From assembly GCA_965205485.1 (NCBI GenBank), contig OZ242180.1, forward strand, positions 1,984,001 to 2,048,000: 64,000 nucleotides of DNA. The letters are read 5' to 3'. Numbering within the stretch: the stretch's first letter is position 1; every line of letters starts with the position of its first letter. Positions 1 through 10,247 of this stretch are shown here, piece after piece. The notes under the pieces are model-generated. The model did not search any database. It had not been told where the DNA came from and saw only the letters and a program-made list of their open reading frames with translations. The DNA is from Candidatus Latescibacterota bacterium (GTDB taxonomy: Bacteria > Latescibacterota > UBA2968 > GCA-2709665). Position numbers and translations under genes: made by a program.

Positions 1-910
1 GCCCAGTTTGGAAGACGGTATCCTTTGCGGCTCAGGCGCATCGGACATGAAGGGTGGAATCGCGGCGGCCGTGGAGGCCCTCCGGGCGCTGCGCGAAACG
101 GAAGCGCTTGCCGGCGGGGGCGTGCTGCTGACTGCGCACGATCATCACGAGGGTCCCTGGGGAGACCGGCGCCAGGTGAGGGCGCTGGTAGCGGAGGGTT
201 TCGTGGGTGACGCCGTGATGCTCCCGGAATATCTGGCGGATCGATTGCCTCTGGCCGGACGGGGAATGGCAATTTTCGAGGTTTCGATTCGCAGAGAGGG
301 GGATCCGGTTCACGAGGTCCTTCGTGCGCCGGAGACGCCCGACGTCCCGGGAGCCGGCGCCGAACTGGTATGCCGGCTCCGGTCCTTGAATGAATCGCTG
401 GCGAAGACGTCCGACCCCTGGTCGGGGCGCGACACGGTATTCGTGGGGTTCATTGAGTCGGGCGAGATCTACAACCAGGCCCCGGTGGGTTGCACTGTCA
501 GGGGAACGAGGCGATGGGTCACGCCCGGCCGAACTGACGCTGTCGAAGCCGGGTTTCGCGCGCTGGTCGACGAACTCGCGGTGGAATCAGGGACGTCGGC
601 GACGGTTGACTTCCAAATTCAGGGAGACGCGTTCCGGGTCTCGCGCGAAGACGCGATCGTCGGCGCGTTTCAGTCGGCGTACTCGGCGGTTACCGGCAGA
701 GAACTGCCCGTTGGCGGCAAGCCGTTCGTGGACGACGGCAATTCCTACGCGGCGCTTGCCGGCATTCCGGCGCTGACGCACGGGCCGGATGCAAAAGGAG
801 CGCACACGCTTTCCGAGGCAGTTGAAGTGGACGAACTGGTCCGGGTGGCTCGGGTATACGCGATGACGGCCGTGGCGTACTGTGGAGGGGTGGTTCAGGG
901 CCCGGAATAA
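1..910 (+). CDS. M20 family metallopeptidase/deacylase (ArgE/DapE-like), 5'-truncated by window edge
   Basis: G-x-G-ASDMKGG motif, dimerisation domain, C-terminal GAHTLSE His motif. Confidence 0.85.
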   Translation, partial: PSLEDGILCGSGASDMKGGIAAAVEALRALRETEALAGGGVLLTAHDHHEGPWGDRRQVRALVAEGFVGDAVMLPEYLADRLPLAGRGMAIFEVSIRREGDPVHEVLRAPETPDVPGAGAELVCRLRSLNESLAKTSDPWSGRDTVFVGFIESGEIYNQAPVGCTVRGTRRWVTPGRTDAVEAGFRALVDELAVESGTSATVDFQIQGDAFRVSREDAIVGAFQSAYSAVTGRELPVGGKPFVDDGNSYAALAGIPALTHGPDAKGAHTLSEAVEVDELVRVARVYAMTAVAYCGGVVQGPE

Positions 911-923
911 GTGAAACCACCGG

Positions 924-1598
924 TTACGCCGATATTCCGTGTTCGTCCAGGTAGGATTCGATTCGCCCTCTGAAGTCGGGCGTAAGGGCAATTTTCCCGT
1001 CGATGCTGCGGCCGGGCAGGTATTCAAGAACGTCTTGAATGGTGATTATGGAACGCACGGGTACGCCGGCGGCTGTCTGAAGCGCTGCCACGGCGTCTTC
1101 GCCGTCCGCGTTTCTCTCCTTGCGGTCCAGAGCGATGACGAGGCCCGATATCCGGGCGCTGCATGCTGCTTTCAGTCTGCGGATCATCTGAATCTTGGTG
1201 GCGCCGTCTGTGACGACGTCGTCTACCAATACGACGCGGTCCTGAGGGTCGGGTTCTTTGCCAACGAGCCAGCCCCCCTCGCCGTGTTCCTTGATCTCCT
1301 TGCGGTCAAAGCCATAGCTGGTGTCCATATCGAAGCGCTGTCGGAGGGCGATGGCCGCGGCGATGCAGAGGGGGATGCCCTTATAGGCCGGACCGAAAAC
1401 CAGCGTCGGCTCAACGTCGAGCTCGCGGATGGCGCAGGCATAGAAATAGCCGAGGCGCTCGATTTCCGCGCCGGTGTTGAATTGCCCGGCATTGAAGAAG
1501 TACGGGGACCTTCTGCCGCTCTTGAGCGTGAACTCGCCGAAACGGAGGGCGCCGGTCTCAATCAGAAAGTCGATGAATTCCTGTTGATAGGCTTGCAT
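924..1598 (-). CDS. pyrE: Orotate phosphoribosyltransferase
   Basis: FGEFTLKSGRRSPYFFN, FGPAYKGIP, RKE-K-HGEGG and PRPP motif VLVDDVVTDG. Confidence 0.95.
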   Translation of the reverse strand: MQAYQQEFIDFLIETGALRFGEFTLKSGRRSPYFFNAGQFNTGAEIERLGYFYACAIRELDVEPTLVFGPAYKGIPLCIAAAIALRQRFDMDTSYGFDRKEIKEHGEGGWLVGKEPDPQDRVVLVDDVVTDGATKIQMIRRLKAACSARISGLVIALDRKERNADGEDAVAALQTAAGVPVRSIITIQDVLEYLPGRSIDGKIALTPDFRGRIESYLDEHGISA

Positions 1599-1653
1599 CG
1601 CGGGTACTCCTGACAGATGGTGCCCGGACCGCGAAATCGGTTTACAGCCGGGT

Positions 1654-2178
1654 TTGTACTTGACGCGAATTCGTCAAGAAACGATCTTAGATGACTCTGG
1701 AGACGAAACGGTTAAACGGCGAATCGAGGTCGGATTGACAGTCACACGGTGGAGAATCGCACTGGCGGGTTGGATGGGACTGGTTTTTCTCTTATCCAGC
1801 AGATGGCTCGCTTTCGGCATGTCCGCGGATGCGACGGAGGCGTATCTCGGCATATTGAATTACGCGGTTCGCAAGCTCGCCCATTTGACTGAATACGCGG
1901 TCCTGACGTATCTCTGGCTGCGGTCAATCTGGATTGAGCCGCGCCGTTTCGGTCCATGTCTGGCATGGAGCGCGGTACTGTCCGCATGTTTCGCCGTGAC
2001 CGACGAGATCCACCAACATTCCGTTCCGGAACGACTGGGAATCTGGACAGACGTGGTGTATGACGCCGCCGGCATCCTGCTGATGGTTTTTCTGTTATGG
2101 AAGATCAGGAACGGGGAAAACGCGGCATTGAAACGCAGGGTGTTCGGTTTCTCAGATCATGCGCCGGACCGCGCATAA
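1654..2178 (+). CDS. VanZ-like family membrane protein (start uncertain)
   Basis: VRKLAHLTEYAVL and A-TDEIHQ-VPER--D motifs. Confidence 0.85.
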   Translation: MYLTRIRQETILDDSGDETVKRRIEVGLTVTRWRIALAGWMGLVFLLSSRWLAFGMSADATEAYLGILNYAVRKLAHLTEYAVLTYLWLRSIWIEPRRFGPCLAWSAVLSACFAVTDEIHQHSVPERLGIWTDVVYDAAGILLMVFLLWKIRNGENAALKRRVFGFSDHAPDRA

Positions 2179-2242
2179 GATAAACGATCCCACCCGGCCT
2201 GACAAGCCGATTCACCCATATTGAGCTCGAGGAAGGACCGCC

Positions 2243-3577
2243 ATGGCGACAGAATATCGCAACGTACTCCTGCTGATTGCCGACGACTGGAGCCCGATTG
2301 CCGGATGCTACGGGAATCCGGCGATCCGGACCCCGAATGTTGACGCATTGGCGTCGCGTGGAACGGTGTTTACCCAGGCCTTCTGTACAACGCCTTCCTG
2401 CGCGGCCAGCCGGGCGTGCGTGTTGACGGGACACTACAGCCATACCCACGGGCAGTACGGCCATACGCACGGGATCCACAATTTCCACACGCAACTCTCC
2501 ATGCCCTCTATACCGAGAGCCCTCGGATCCGAGGGGTTCGCCACCGGGATTGTGGGCAAGCTGCACGTACAGCCGGAAGAGGTATATCCGTGGACGTACG
2601 ACGGGCAACAGGTGCACGGCGGGACCCGCAACGTAGCCGAGATGGCCCGGCATGCCGGTGAGTTCCTTGCTCAGACGGGTGACAGGCCCTTCTATCTGCA
2701 TATGGGATTCGGGGATCCGCATCGGAATTTCGGCAATCAGGAGACCTATCCTGACGTGGAAGAGGTGCATTATTCGCCTGACGAGGTGGTGGTGCCCGAT
2801 TTCCTGCCCGACCGCCCCGCTGTGCGTAAGGAGCTGGCGGAATATTACCAGTCGATATCCAGGCTGGATCAGGGGATCGGGATGGCGGTGGGTGCGCTGG
2901 AAGCCGCCGGGAGGGCGGGCGACACGCTGATCGTCGTGATGAGCGACCATGGGATGCCGTTTCCCGGCGCCAAGGGGTCCTCGTTCGACTCCGGGCATCG
3001 CTGTCCCCTGATTCTGGTACGGCCCGATGCGCCGGCCGTCCGGTCGGACGCGCTCGTGAACTGGTGCAATATCGCGCCGACGGTCCTGGAATGGTGCGGG
3101 GTGGAACCACCGGGCGGACTTCCGGAGCGTTCCATGATCCCGATTCTGGACGAGTCCCGTCCGGAGGGGTGGGAAGAGACGTTTTTTTCTCATTCGTTCC
3201 ACGAAGTGACGAACTACTATCCGTACCGCGTGTTGAGGGGAAGAAAGTACAAATACGTCCGCAATCTGTATCCTGAGCTGACAACGCCGATTCCGGGCGA
3301 TCTGTGGGCGTCTCCGACCTGGCAGACAGTCCTGGCTGAAGGGATCGGGATGATGGGGCGGCGGCCCACGGAACGGTTTCTGCATCAGGATGGAGAAGCG
3401 TTGTTCGACGTTGAAGCCGATCCGCAGGAATCCACCAATCTGATCCAAGATCCGGAGGTTGCCGAGGTCGCGGAGACGATGCGGCGGAAGGTCAAGGCGT
3501 TCCGCGTTGAGACCCGCGATCCCTGGGTCCTCGCGTCCATCCACGCCGGCGAAGAAGGCCTTGACGACAGGCGGTGA
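2243..3577 (+). CDS. Sulfatase (N-sulfoglucosamine sulfohydrolase-like)
   Basis: NVLLLIADD, TPNVDALA, C-A-A-S-R formylglycine motif, GKLH, SDHG. Confidence 0.92.
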   Translation: MATEYRNVLLLIADDWSPIAGCYGNPAIRTPNVDALASRGTVFTQAFCTTPSCAASRACVLTGHYSHTHGQYGHTHGIHNFHTQLSMPSIPRALGSEGFATGIVGKLHVQPEEVYPWTYDGQQVHGGTRNVAEMARHAGEFLAQTGDRPFYLHMGFGDPHRNFGNQETYPDVEEVHYSPDEVVVPDFLPDRPAVRKELAEYYQSISRLDQGIGMAVGALEAAGRAGDTLIVVMSDHGMPFPGAKGSSFDSGHRCPLILVRPDAPAVRSDALVNWCNIAPTVLEWCGVEPPGGLPERSMIPILDESRPEGWEETFFSHSFHEVTNYYPYRVLRGRKYKYVRNLYPELTTPIPGDLWASPTWQTVLAEGIGMMGRRPTERFLHQDGEALFDVEADPQESTNLIQDPEVAEVAETMRRKVKAFRVETRDPWVLASIHAGEEGLDDRR

Positions 3578-3723
3578 GACGGGAGAGATCGAGGAAAATC
3601 AGAAAATCGGGCTCACACGGAGACATGAAGGCACAAAGAAGAGCAGTCAGCATTCAGAAAAGGCCGGTACAATGGCAGATCCAAACGGCTGTCCTTGCCA
3701 CGAAGACTCACGCCCGCCCGGTG

Positions 3724-3930
3724 GCGTGGGGGGTTTTTCCGTGTCATTCCGTACACCTCCGTACGTCGGAAGTTCCGCGAGGGCTCGAAGGCCACCCAAT
3801 TCCATTTGTGCCTCTGGGGCGATTCACGGAAAAACCGGCCCCGCGCCGAGCGGCGCCCTTCTTTTTCGCCCTTTTTCTTGGGCGCAGCAAGAAAAAGGGC
3901 AAGGGAATAGGGGACGTTATGGGATGGGGG
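3724..3930 (+). repeat. Dispersed structured non-coding element, copy A
   Basis: GCGTGGGGGGTTTTTCC start; stem 3732-3743/3825-3836; terminal hairpin 3868-3880/3888-3900; related copies at ~12263, ~35201 and (minus) ~34815-34906. Confidence 0.8.
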
Positions 3931-3989
3931 AGATATTTCCTGACGTTTGGCGAAACACTTCAGTTAAATCGTCTCTTTAGAGGTTTTTC

Positions 3990-4630
3990 TTGATCTTCAA
4001 ATCAATCGTCGTCGGTCCGTTGCAGGTGAACTGTTTCGTCCTGGCCTGCGAAAAAACCCTCGAGGGCATTATCGTCGATCCGGGGCGACAACGTCCCGGA
4101 AGTCATGGAACTCGTCCTGGAAGACGACATCCGCATCGTGGAAGTCATTGCCACCCACGGGCATTACGACCACATCGCCCATGCGGCCTCGGCGGTCCGC
4201 GAAACCGGCGCCCCGTTCGCAATACATCCGGCCGACCGCTACGAGGTCGAGCAACCTTGTGGAAATCGCCGGATCTGTCGGTATTGACGCGGAGCCCCCG
4301 CCGCGCATCGATCGTTTCCTGCACGAGGGCGACGTTGTCAGCATGGGTGAGGAAACCCTCGAGATTGTCCACACGCCGGGCCACGCACGTGGCAATATCA
4401 CCCTCAAGTGGCCGGGTCACGCGATTGTGGGGGACAGCCTCTTTGCCGGCTCCATCGGCCGCACCGACCTTCCGGGCGGCGATGCGGACCTTCTGCTCAA
4501 GTCAATTCGGGAGAAGATTCTGACCCTGGACGATGGGACGAAGATCTATCCGGGCCATGGACCCTTCACCACCGTGGGCATCGAGAAATCGAGCAATCCC
4601 TTTTTCGCGGGACATACAGGCGCGTGGTAG
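3990..4630 (+). pseudogene. MBL-fold metallo-hydrolase (YcbL/glyoxalase II-like), split by two frameshifts (~4085 and ~4252); real decay or assembly error
   Basis: GPLQVNC...DPG / THGHYDHI / HTPGH...GDSLFAGSIGRTDLPGGD...PGHG lie in three frames. Confidence 0.8.
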
Positions 4631-4768
4631 TTCCGGATACCCGCGCTCGCGGCGAACCATACGAACCGCCGGATCTTGAACGAACGCCGTGAGCGCAATC
4701 CGATCAGGCGGTTACGGGGGGAAACACGGAAACCGGGACAGCGCCAACCGTCATCAACAGGAGGTCTT

Positions 4769-6283
4769 GTGGACATATCCGTAGCGATTGAGAACATCGC
4801 AGCATGGGAAACGGACGCGATCGTGTTGAATCTGTTCGAGGGCGTCACGGTACCCGGCGGCGCCACCGGCGCGGTGGACGCGGCGCTCAACGGCCAGGTT
4901 CGGGACCTGATTGCCACCGGCGACTTCACGGGCAAGTTCAAACAGGTTGCCGTCCTCTATCCGCGGGGTGGCATTTCCGCGAAGCGCCTCCTTCTCGTGG
5001 GTCTGGGCAAACGCGAGGAATTCACCCTCGACCGTGTGCGGCAGGTCTCCGCCGCGGTCGCGCGGCATGCACGCGGCCTGGGCATAGAACAACTGGCCAC
5101 GGTCGTTCACGGTGGCGGGGTGGGTGGTCTGGACGTTTCCGATGCGGCGCAGGCCGTGGTCGAAGGCGCTATTCTCGGGACGTACCGGTTTACGCCGTAC
5201 AAGAGCGGGGACGACGACATCAACAACGAACTCGAAGGCCTTACACTCGTCGAATTCGATGCGGCCAAACAGACCGAAATCGAAAGCGGTTCGGATGCAG
5301 GGCGAATCATCGCCGAAGCCACGTGCCTGGCCCGGGACCTGGGAAGCCACCCGGGAAACGAAATGACTCCCGCCATACTCGCCGGACGGGCTGAGTCCAT
5401 GGCCCGTGAAACGGGTCTGCGGTGCGAGATCTTCGACGAAGGTCGGATTGCAAGCGAAGGCATGCGCACCATCCAGGCCGTGGCGCAGGGCAGCGCGCAA
5501 CCCCCCAGGTTCATCGTTCTCGAACACGAGGGCGATGATCCCGAAGCGGCGCCCGCGGTGCTGATCGGAAAGGGCATCACTTTCGATTCCGGCGGCATTT
5601 CCATCAAAGGCTCCGAGGGCATGTGGGATATGAAGTTCGACATGGGAGGCGCCGCCGCCGTCATCGGCGCGATGCAGGCTGTGGCACGGCTGGATCTGCC
5701 GGTACGTACGATCGGCCTTGTGGCCGCCTCGGAAAACATGCCCGGCAGCCGCGCGCTCAAGCCGGGCGACATTATCCGCTCCATGCTGGGAAAAACCATC
5801 GAAATCCGTTCCACGGACGCCGAAGGCCGCCTGGTTCTGGCCGACGCCGTGGCCTACGCCGCCCGTTACAACCCCTCCGCTGCCATCGATCTGGCAACGC
5901 TTACGGGCGCGTGCGTCATCGCCCTGGGACACGAGGCCAGCGGGCTCTTCTCAAACGATGACGGGCTGGCGGCTGAAATTGCCGCTGCAGGAGAAAGGAC
6001 GGGTGAGATTGCGTGGCGCCTTCCCGTTCTGGATGGCCATCGGGAGGAGATGAAGAGCGATGTTGCCGATCTGAAGAACACAGGCGGCCGCGCGGGCGGC
6101 GCCATCACGGGCGCGGCGTTCATCGAAGCCTTCGTGCAGGACTTCCCCTGGGCTCACCTGGACATTGCCGGCACGGCCTGGGCGAGCAAAGACCTGCCGC
6201 ACGTTCCCAAGGGCGGCACGGGCGTGGGCGTGCGTCTCCTGGTTGACCTGCTGCGGAACAAAGAAAATGCGCCGGGACCCTGA
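4769..6283 (+). CDS. pepA: Leucyl aminopeptidase (M17)
   Basis: GKGITFDSGG, MKFDMGG, STDAEGRL, WAHLDIAG; GTG start after AGGAGG. Confidence 0.95.
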   Translation: MDISVAIENIAAWETDAIVLNLFEGVTVPGGATGAVDAALNGQVRDLIATGDFTGKFKQVAVLYPRGGISAKRLLLVGLGKREEFTLDRVRQVSAAVARHARGLGIEQLATVVHGGGVGGLDVSDAAQAVVEGAILGTYRFTPYKSGDDDINNELEGLTLVEFDAAKQTEIESGSDAGRIIAEATCLARDLGSHPGNEMTPAILAGRAESMARETGLRCEIFDEGRIASEGMRTIQAVAQGSAQPPRFIVLEHEGDDPEAAPAVLIGKGITFDSGGISIKGSEGMWDMKFDMGGAAAVIGAMQAVARLDLPVRTIGLVAASENMPGSRALKPGDIIRSMLGKTIEIRSTDAEGRLVLADAVAYAARYNPSAAIDLATLTGACVIALGHEASGLFSNDDGLAAEIAAAGERTGEIAWRLPVLDGHREEMKSDVADLKNTGGRAGGAITGAAFIEAFVQDFPWAHLDIAGTAWASKDLPHVPKGGTGVGVRLLVDLLRNKENAPGP

Positions 6284-6338
6284 AAAGGGGTTCCGGCGCT
6301 TTGCTGTTCCTGAGTTCCGCCCGTCAGTTGCAAGTCAA

Positions 6339-6842
6339 TCAATCTCCCGGGATGTAGAATCGTATCCCCGCCTGAACGCCGATTTCGTTCTCCGCCGTCT
6401 GATCTTCAAAGGATCTGAACCAGCGTACCTGAACGAACACCCCCGCGCTGGGTCCCACGCCGAACGACAACCCGCCCGCCACGGTGATCATCCCGTCGGT
6501 GCCGGTTGCCAGACCCGCCGTGGGTTGGCCCCGGATAAGCAACGCGCCTCCGCCTGCGCCGAAATAAATCGTGCCTCCGTATTCCGAAAGCGGCGGTTTG
6601 TACAGCAGTGAGATACCTATGGGTATGATCCTTGTACCCGACTTGCTGTAGAACTCGAAGAAAGGCGCCAGGTGAGTGGGATATTCGTCGCTAAGCGACA
6701 TCTCCAGCGAAAAGTGACCGCCCGGCCTGGTGGGGTCGAAGAGTGTACCGCCTCCCAGATTCATCCCGAAATCTCTCGCGTAGACAGGCGTGGCCGCCAG
6801 TAACGCAAGCCCGGACATCAAAGCCAGTATGCGAGTTCTCAT
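6339..6842 (-). CDS. Small outer-membrane beta-barrel protein (paralogue 1)
   Basis: Signal peptide, alternating Gly/aromatic strands (IYFGAGGG), C-terminal GIRFY; RBS GGAGG. Confidence 0.75.
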   Translation of the reverse strand: MRTRILALMSGLALLAATPVYARDFGMNLGGGTLFDPTRPGGHFSLEMSLSDEYPTHLAPFFEFYSKSGTRIIPIGISLLYKPPLSEYGGTIYFGAGGGALLIRGQPTAGLATGTDGMITVAGGLSFGVGPSAGVFVQVRWFRSFEDQTAENEIGVQAGIRFYIPGD

Positions 6843-6892
6843 TATTCCTCCATTTTGCGCGGTCGAATGGTGAGGAATTTTGGGACAGGACA

Positions 6893-7495
6893 CTAGTAGT
6901 CCTCATATTCCGATTGGCCGATATTGAGAGAGAGGCCAATCTGAAATGCAAAACTCTTTATATCCAGTTGAGGCGCCACCTCCTGGCCACTGGAGAGACG
7001 GATGACTTCCGGGTCTCCGCTGTACATGCCAATCCACTTCCCCTGCAGAAAGACAGATGCCCTTTCGGTTGTGGCAAACTCAAGACCGAACAGCACGTTG
7101 ACCATGGCCTGGGTTCTTGAAGCTTCGACCGTCTCAAGCGATTGATCGGTGGTTTCGCCGATGTCGACGTCAAATTCCCTCTTCGAGGTCACGCTGCCAA
7201 TCCCGCCTCCACCTCCGAAGTAGATGATTCCGTTTTCGCCCGCGGGGCGTTTGACGACAAGATTCAGGCCGCCGCCGAATACCCTGCTTTCGGACTTCGA
7301 AAAGAAGTCGACAAATGGCGAAAATGCGACCAGGCCCTCCGAGGCGCTGATGTCATACGCGAGTCCGATGCCCGGCGTCTGTTCATCGAAGTGTATACCC
7401 GCGCCCAACTTGAGCGCGTGCTGCGCCCACGCGTCAGAAGCAGTGAGCATTGCAGTGAAACATAGAGCAAAGAGAACGCGGATAAGCGCCTGCAT
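6893..7495 (-). CDS. Small outer-membrane beta-barrel protein (paralogue 2)
   Basis: Signal peptide ending AWA; SPFVD...SRVFGGGLNLVVKR shared with next gene. Confidence 0.75.
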   Translation of the reverse strand: MQALIRVLFALCFTAMLTASDAWAQHALKLGAGIHFDEQTPGIGLAYDISASEGLVAFSPFVDFFSKSESRVFGGGLNLVVKRPAGENGIIYFGGGGGIGSVTSKREFDVDIGETTDQSLETVEASRTQAMVNVLFGLEFATTERASVFLQGKWIGMYSGDPEVIRLSSGQEVAPQLDIKSFAFQIGLSLNIGQSEYEDY

Positions 7496-7680
7496 TCAAT
7501 CCTCCCCGGTTCCGGTGCGGCCTGGACGCGTGAATCTCCAGGATACATGATGTGTTCAATCCCAACAATAATCGCCAAAATGCCGCCAAAAATCAACCCA
7601 AAAACCGCCGGACGCGCTTGTACGGGCCAACCGATGCCATCCAGCGAGCCGTTAATTTTCCCTTGCCGCCGATAGTGCGA

Positions 7681-8262
7681 TCAGTGCCAGAACCCTATGG
7701 TAATTCCGGCGGTGGCAGCGAAATTTCTGAGTTCCAGGTTGATCGCGTCCGGAATCGTAACCGTCCTTCCTTCAACCGAGCCCGTGATGTCCACCCGCCC
7801 CCCGCCAAAGGTCCCCAGCCACTTGACCTGGACGAACCCTCCGACGGTTTCGTGCAGGTCGAATTCCACACCCAGTTCGAGATCCGCCATCGCCTGCGTC
7901 TTTGACGCCGAACCGGTGATGCCGGCCGAACTTTCTTCTGCCCGAACCGAGGCGATTCCACCTCCAACGCCCAAATAGAGTCGCGACTGCTCGCCTCCAG
8001 CGCGTTTGACGACGAGATTCAGCCCGCCGCCGAAAACGCGGGAGCCGGAATCTCCGTAATAATCCACGAACGGCGAAAGCATCATTCCCTCTTTGCCAAG
8101 ATCGACGGAAACGCCTCCGCCAGGTTCATTCTTGTTGAAGAACATCCCCCCGCCGACCTTGAATGTACCGGCCGACGCCGGAACGGAAGCAAGGAGAATC
8201 ACCATCGCGGCGAGAAGGGCGAGACGTGGTGAATTGGAATACCGGGTTATTCGAAGATTCAT
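7681..8262 (-). CDS. Small outer-membrane beta-barrel protein (paralogue 3)
   Basis: Signal peptide ending ASA; amphipathic strands; aromatic C-terminus GITIGFWH. Confidence 0.75.
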   Translation of the reverse strand: MNLRITRYSNSPRLALLAAMVILLASVPASAGTFKVGGGMFFNKNEPGGGVSVDLGKEGMMLSPFVDYYGDSGSRVFGGGLNLVVKRAGGEQSRLYLGVGGGIASVRAEESSAGITGSASKTQAMADLELGVEFDLHETVGGFVQVKWLGTFGGGRVDITGSVEGRTVTIPDAINLELRNFAATAGITIGFWH

Positions 8263-8307
8263 GTCAACGAGATTCTCCTGCGCATAAACAGCTTACTGCT
8301 TCAAGAA

Positions 8308-8345
8308 GCCGTCAGCTATCAGCTCTCAGCAGTCAGCTAAAACCA
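8308..8345 (+). repeat. Heptameric tandem repeat (TCAGCnn)
   Basis: gtcagctatcagctctcagcagtcagcta; near-identical array at 34700-34735. Confidence 0.7.
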
Positions 8346-8391
8346 AAAGACGAAAAGCAAATTCAAAAGCCACCTCACACCCGGCCCCCCA

Positions 8392-8569
8392 GACCTCTCT
8401 CCCCGGCCCTCTCTCCTACCAGGAGAGAGGGAGCAAAAACAGGTTTCGCGTGCCGGTCATCTATAAAAATTCTGTGACAGGGAAACGCCATCCGGCAGGT
8501 TTGCATGCCCTGTACATCCACCCATCACGGTTCCCCCTTCCTCTCAGGGAGGGGGTTAGGGGGAAGGTC
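8392..8569. repeat. REPIN-like doublet of inverted palindromic REPs (GACC...GGTC), apparently nested in a broken copy of a similar REP
   Basis: Ends GACCTCTCTCCCCGGCCCTCTCTCC...GGAGAGAGGGAG and (reverse complement) GACCTTCCCCCTAACCCCCTCCCTGAGAGGAAGGGGGAACC; same two end types at 61121-61301. Confidence 0.75.
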
Positions 8570-8922
8570 GGAGAGAGGGGGAGACGACAGCACCGCACGC
8601 CAACGGTTTTCCGCTCTCCTCAGCAATCCTATTCCATTCGAATCTTGCGAGAGTCCGATTGCAGAAAGACAGATGACACAGTTCCCGCAAAATCAAAATT
8701 CGTAATTCAGGAAAGGTCCAGTCTCGCGCTACCCGAAATATATCACAGCAAAAGAACCGGCGGCAAGGGAATTTTCCATCGAGGATGCCCTCCTGAACGG
8801 ATGCCTGTTGCTCAGCGACGCCGGTTATCCTATATTCCACATCGCTTTTCTCAGGAGCCTGGAATTTCAAGACAGCTTCCTGTACCTGTCTCCGGAAATT
8901 GCCGTACCGTTCAACCACGTCT

Positions 8923-9153
8923 ATGCCCGAATCCGCGGAATACCCCGCCGGGTGCGCCCGAACCCACCGTATCGCCGACCTTGCGCCCGGCGACGAAGCA
9001 GTATTGGCCGGTCGGATCGTCGCAGGCATGGACGAGGACAGTCCGCGATTGGTTGACGAGTCAGGCGAGGTTGGCCTGACGTGTAGCCGGACCCGGGAAA
9101 CTCCGCGCATTGGAGACGTTGTCGAGTTGACGGGGTATCTGGCGGCCCCCTGA
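8923..9153 (+). CDS. OB-fold-like fragment, probably the frameshifted N-terminus of EpmA
   Basis: YP...RTH-I..L...VLAGRIV...IGDVVELTG resembles the LysRS N-terminal domain; stop follows a C5 run and the +1 frame runs into epmA. Confidence 0.5.
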   Translation: MPESAEYPAGCARTHRIADLAPGDEAVLAGRIVAGMDEDSPRLVDESGEVGLTCSRTRETPRIGDVVELTGYLAAP

Positions 9154-9160
9154 ATTCCAG

Positions 9161-10204
9161 GTGCAAAGCCACCGTGTACTGGCGCCGGCGTTACGCGCTC
9201 CCGAAGCCGGGCCCTCCCCCGGAATCCTGCGTACGCGCGCCAGGGTTCTTGCGTTTGTCAGGCGCTTTTTCGAGAACGCCGGGTTCCTGGAGGTTGAGAC
9301 CCCGTTGCTCGTCCCCAGCCCGGGAATGGAACCCCATCTGGACGCGTTCGAAACCCGCTACAGCGAAAACGGAAACGCCCGGCGCTATTACCTGCCCACC
9401 TCTCCCGAATACGCGATGAAGCGCCTCCTGTCGTCCGGGTACGAACGCATCTTCCAGATCTGCAAGTCTTTCCGCCAGGACGCGCCCGGTCCAATGCACA
9501 GCCCTGAATTCACACTCCTCGAGTGGTACCGGGCGTACGCCGATTATACCACTATCATGGCCGATACCGAGAATCTGTTTCATGGCCTGGTGCGTGAAGT
9601 TACCGGAAGTTCGTCGGTCATCTACAGGGGTCGAGCCGTCGATTTTACCCCGCCGTGGCAACGGCTGAGCGTGCGGGAAGCGTTTGCCCGGTACGCCGGC
9701 GTGCGCGCCGATCCCGCCGAGGACCTGGACGGGTTTATCCACGAAGCCCGGCAACAGGGCCACCGTTCGGTCTCTCACGGCGATCCCTTCGAGGTTGCTT
9801 TCTTCAAGGTGTTCCTGGATGCCGTGGAAAAACGTCTCGGCGCCGGGCGTCCCACCTTTCTCGTGGATTATCCCGCGGAGATGGCGGCGCTTGCAAGGTT
9901 GAAGCAGAACGCGCCCGGAATCGCGGAACGGTTCGAGCTCTATGTGTCGGGCGTGGAGCTTGCCAACGCCTTTACGGAACTGAACGATCCCGCCGAACAG
10001 AGAGCCCGCCTGGAAGACGAAGCCGCGCAGCGACAACACAGCGGCCGTCCGGCGTACCCGATCGACGAACAGTTTCTGGGGGCTCTCGAAGCCGGTATGC
10101 CGCCGGCCGCGGGCATCGCGCTGGGTATCGATCGCCTGTTGATGGTGCTGACCGATGCCAGGCACATCCGCGACGTCGTGGCCATCCCGTTTTGTAATGC
10201 GTAG
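9161..10204 (+). CDS. epmA: EF-P lysine aminoacylase (LysRS paralogue)
   Basis: FLEVETP...SPGMEPHL, TSPEYAMKRLL, HSPEFTLLEWYR, ELANAFTELNDP, GIALGIDRL. Confidence 0.92.
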   Translation: MQSHRVLAPALRAPEAGPSPGILRTRARVLAFVRRFFENAGFLEVETPLLVPSPGMEPHLDAFETRYSENGNARRYYLPTSPEYAMKRLLSSGYERIFQICKSFRQDAPGPMHSPEFTLLEWYRAYADYTTIMADTENLFHGLVREVTGSSSVIYRGRAVDFTPPWQRLSVREAFARYAGVRADPAEDLDGFIHEARQQGHRSVSHGDPFEVAFFKVFLDAVEKRLGAGRPTFLVDYPAEMAALARLKQNAPGIAERFELYVSGVELANAFTELNDPAEQRARLEDEAAQRQHSGRPAYPIDEQFLGALEAGMPPAAGIALGIDRLLMVLTDARHIRDVVAIPFCNA

Positions 10205-10247
10205 CGCTTGATAAAATTCCACCACAACCAGATCGAAAGGATTCACG

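Noticed and set aside
2390..2415. Sulfatase CAASR motif as a novelty
   Set aside because: CxAxR variants of the CxPxR signature are already known.
3574..3993. ORFs overlapping the structured element (also 12346-12579, 34852-35511)
   Set aside because: Shared peptides such as GRSKKKGKGIGDV come from the DNA repeat; no protein-family signature.
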